From an uncultured Lachnospiraceae bacterium (lineage in GTDB: Bacteria; Bacillota; Clostridia; Oscillospirales; CAG-272): a stretch of 64,000 nt of DNA. Shown here piece after piece: positions 62,351-64,000 of this stretch. Location of the stretch: positions 2,046 through 66,045 of the forward strand of contig CAZVPD010000003.1 in assembly GCA_964628455.1 (NCBI GenBank), in the 5' to 3' direction. Numbering within the stretch: the stretch's first letter is position 1; every line of letters starts with the position of its first letter. A program made the translations under genes and the position numbers. The notes beneath the pieces are model-generated. The model was given only the letters and a program-made list of their open reading frames with translations. It did no database searches and was not told the origin of the DNA.

Positions 62351-63811
62351 ATGAACAAAAGACGGCATATGCTATTGATTCTGTCTGTTTTATTTATTCT
62401 TTCCTCTCTATCCTCTCTTTCGGCCTGCGCGCAGAACACCGGTGTCGATACCGCCGGAACTTCCGGGGCGGTTGTCACACAGCCCGCAGAAAAAGACAAA
62501 CTGGGCTACCTGCCCGAGGCGGATTATGAGGGTTACGAATTCCGTATGCTCATACGCAACGCCGAACGCTGGATAAATGACATGGTTGTCGAAACCGAAA
62601 CAGGGGATGTGGTGGACGATGCGCTGTACCGCCGCAATCAGACAGTCTCCGAACGGTACAATGTCCTTTTTAAACTGATAAAGAGTTCGAATGATAACTA
62701 CGAAACCGATGCGGTAGAAACCATTATCGCAAACGACGACGCATACGATTTAATCGTTCCTCATCCCCGTGCGTCGTTTGTATATGCAAACCAGGGCCTT
62801 TTCATGGACTGGAATACCGATCTGCCGAACATTAATCTTGATAATCCCTGGTGGGACCGGGATGCCCGCGCTAATTTCTCCATAAACCGCCGCTTATATG
62901 TGATGGTGGGTGACATCAGTTATCAATGTATGGGCGCGTGTGACGTTATGCTGTTCAACAAAGCCCTCTTTGACAAATATAACCTCCCCTATCCTTATGA
63001 AAGCGTAAACTCAAACACATGGACTTTCGATACGTTTGAGAAGTATCTCCTGCTTGCCTCAAGTGATCTGAACGGAGACGGCGAATATTCCGAAAGCGAC
63101 GATCAGTTCGGATATGTCACCCAATACTGGGTCGGGCCGATCGAGGCGCTTTATGTTGCAGGTCAGCGGATTCTGCAAAAGGACGAAAACGATATCCCTT
63201 ATATCAGCCTGTATAACGAAACAACGCTGAACGTTTTTAACTGGTATTACGGAATTCTCGACAGCGACGCCGGTTATGTCCAGACCACCGGTCATTCATG
63301 GGACGGCGGATTCCTTTCGATATTCAGCGAAGGGCGCTCTATGTTCATTGACATGAATATGGACGATGTCATCACCATGCGCACCATGGACGCCGATTTC
63401 GGGATCATTCCATGGCCTAAATACGACGAAAGTTCGGAATTCTGCACCAATGTAGACGCCGGAACCAACTTATTCGGTGTTCCCGTAACAAATCCGGATC
63501 CGTCCCGCACCGGTCATATACTCGAATCCCTGTGTGTGCTGGGCAGCGAAACGGTCATACCCGCCTATTATGAAATTGCGCTGCAAACCAAATTCGCCCG
63601 TGATGAGGACTCTGCCGCGATGCTGGACATCATTAAGCAAAGCCGTGTGTTTGATCTCGGTTACTATAACAACAATCTGGTCGGGGTATTTGCCAACCAG
63701 TTTGCGGCTTTCGCCGCCACCGACGACCGTGATTTTACCTCGTGGTACGAAAAAAATCTTAAATCCGCGCAGGCAAGCCTTGATGAATTAATCGCAGTGT
63801 ATACGCAATGA
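62351..63811 (+). CDS. extracellular solute-binding lipoprotein, orphan
   Basis: 486 aa, AGGAGGG RBS. Signal MNKRRHMLLILSVLFILSSLSSLSAC. Blocks VVDDALYRRN, NPWWD, DLNGDG, IIPWPKYDE, IPAYYE, MLDII. Confidence 0.8.
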   Translation: MNKRRHMLLILSVLFILSSLSSLSACAQNTGVDTAGTSGAVVTQPAEKDKLGYLPEADYEGYEFRMLIRNAERWINDMVVETETGDVVDDALYRRNQTVSERYNVLFKLIKSSNDNYETDAVETIIANDDAYDLIVPHPRASFVYANQGLFMDWNTDLPNINLDNPWWDRDARANFSINRRLYVMVGDISYQCMGACDVMLFNKALFDKYNLPYPYESVNSNTWTFDTFEKYLLLASSDLNGDGEYSESDDQFGYVTQYWVGPIEALYVAGQRILQKDENDIPYISLYNETTLNVFNWYYGILDSDAGYVQTTGHSWDGGFLSIFSEGRSMFIDMNMDDVITMRTMDADFGIIPWPKYDESSEFCTNVDAGTNLFGVPVTNPDPSRTGHILESLCVLGSETVIPAYYEIALQTKFARDEDSAAMLDIIKQSRVFDLGYYNNNLVGVFANQFAAFAATDDRDFTSWYEKNLKSAQASLDELIAVYTQ

Positions 63812-63858
63812 ATTTATACCGGACAAATAATTTTTATATAAATATAAAGGAGAACCAC

Positions 63859-64000
63859 AATGAATAAACCATTAAAAGTCGGCGTCGTCGGAATGGGCGG
63901 AATCGGCAATACACATGCGGCCTGTCATCAGAGCGATGAACTGGCGCAGCTTGTTGCGGTATGCGACTGGGTCAAAGAAAAAGCCGACGCTGCCGCGGAA
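63859..64000 (+). CDS. Gfo/Idh/MocA family oxidoreductase, N-terminal part (runs off the right edge)
   Basis: ATG 63859 with AAGGAG RBS. MNKPLKVGVVGMGGIGNTHAACHQSDE Rossmann motif. Frame is open to the window end. Confidence 0.7.

Noticed and set aside
1-64000. Scan for tRNA, rRNA, CRISPR repeats, IS elements, integrases, toxin-antitoxin or known defence genes
   Set aside because: Nothing recognisable was found by eye. All ORFs longer than 150 codons with RBS support are accounted for by the calls above. A tRNAscan, Rfam or defence-finder run would be needed to exclude small elements.

Overview
The window looks like an origin-proximal chromosomal segment from a Gram-positive anaerobe. Gene content, AGGAG-type RBSs and TTGACA/TATAAT promoters are Clostridia-like, but taxonomy cannot be verified without a search. 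I count about 55 protein-coding genes. I recognised no rRNA, tRNA, CRISPR array, transposase, integrase or phage genes by eye. Housekeeping islands are hpf, cinA, rlmN-prpC-prkC, a ybaK/proX-like gene, pyrE, a GT4-CsaB fusion, a MORN-repeat protein, serS, parB(spo0J), parA(soj) and rsmG. There are two perfect parS sites (45550-45565 and 52794-52809). The rest is an unusually dense set of carbohydrate-type loci. These include GH95, GH28-like, GH3 and GH5-like hydrolases. There are seven Gfo/Idh/MocA oxidoreductases, arranged in three places next to xylose-isomerase-fold TIM barrels. There are three URO-D/MtaA-like proteins. Five paralogous solute-binding lipoproteins are present with no ABC permease or ATPase anywhere in the window. 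A sulfatase-fold protein has the nucleophile motif T-T-P-G-Y instead of C/S-x-P-x-R. DeoR and AraC regulators are also present. Four items most deserve a second look. (i) A self-contained IscU-like + GGGtGRT-family gene pair (15641-17388). (ii) The repeated dehydrogenase + TIM-barrel modules and the glycosidase-free redox operon 55685-64000, which suggest oxidative (3-keto) glycoside cleavage. (iii) The nine-gene DeoR-linked operon 28570-40620 with a SIS/TIM-like/YjbQ trio but no kinase or permease. (iv) The MtaA-like URO-D trio around GH95. All family calls rest on motif recognition by eye. No database search, alignment statistics or folding energies were computed.
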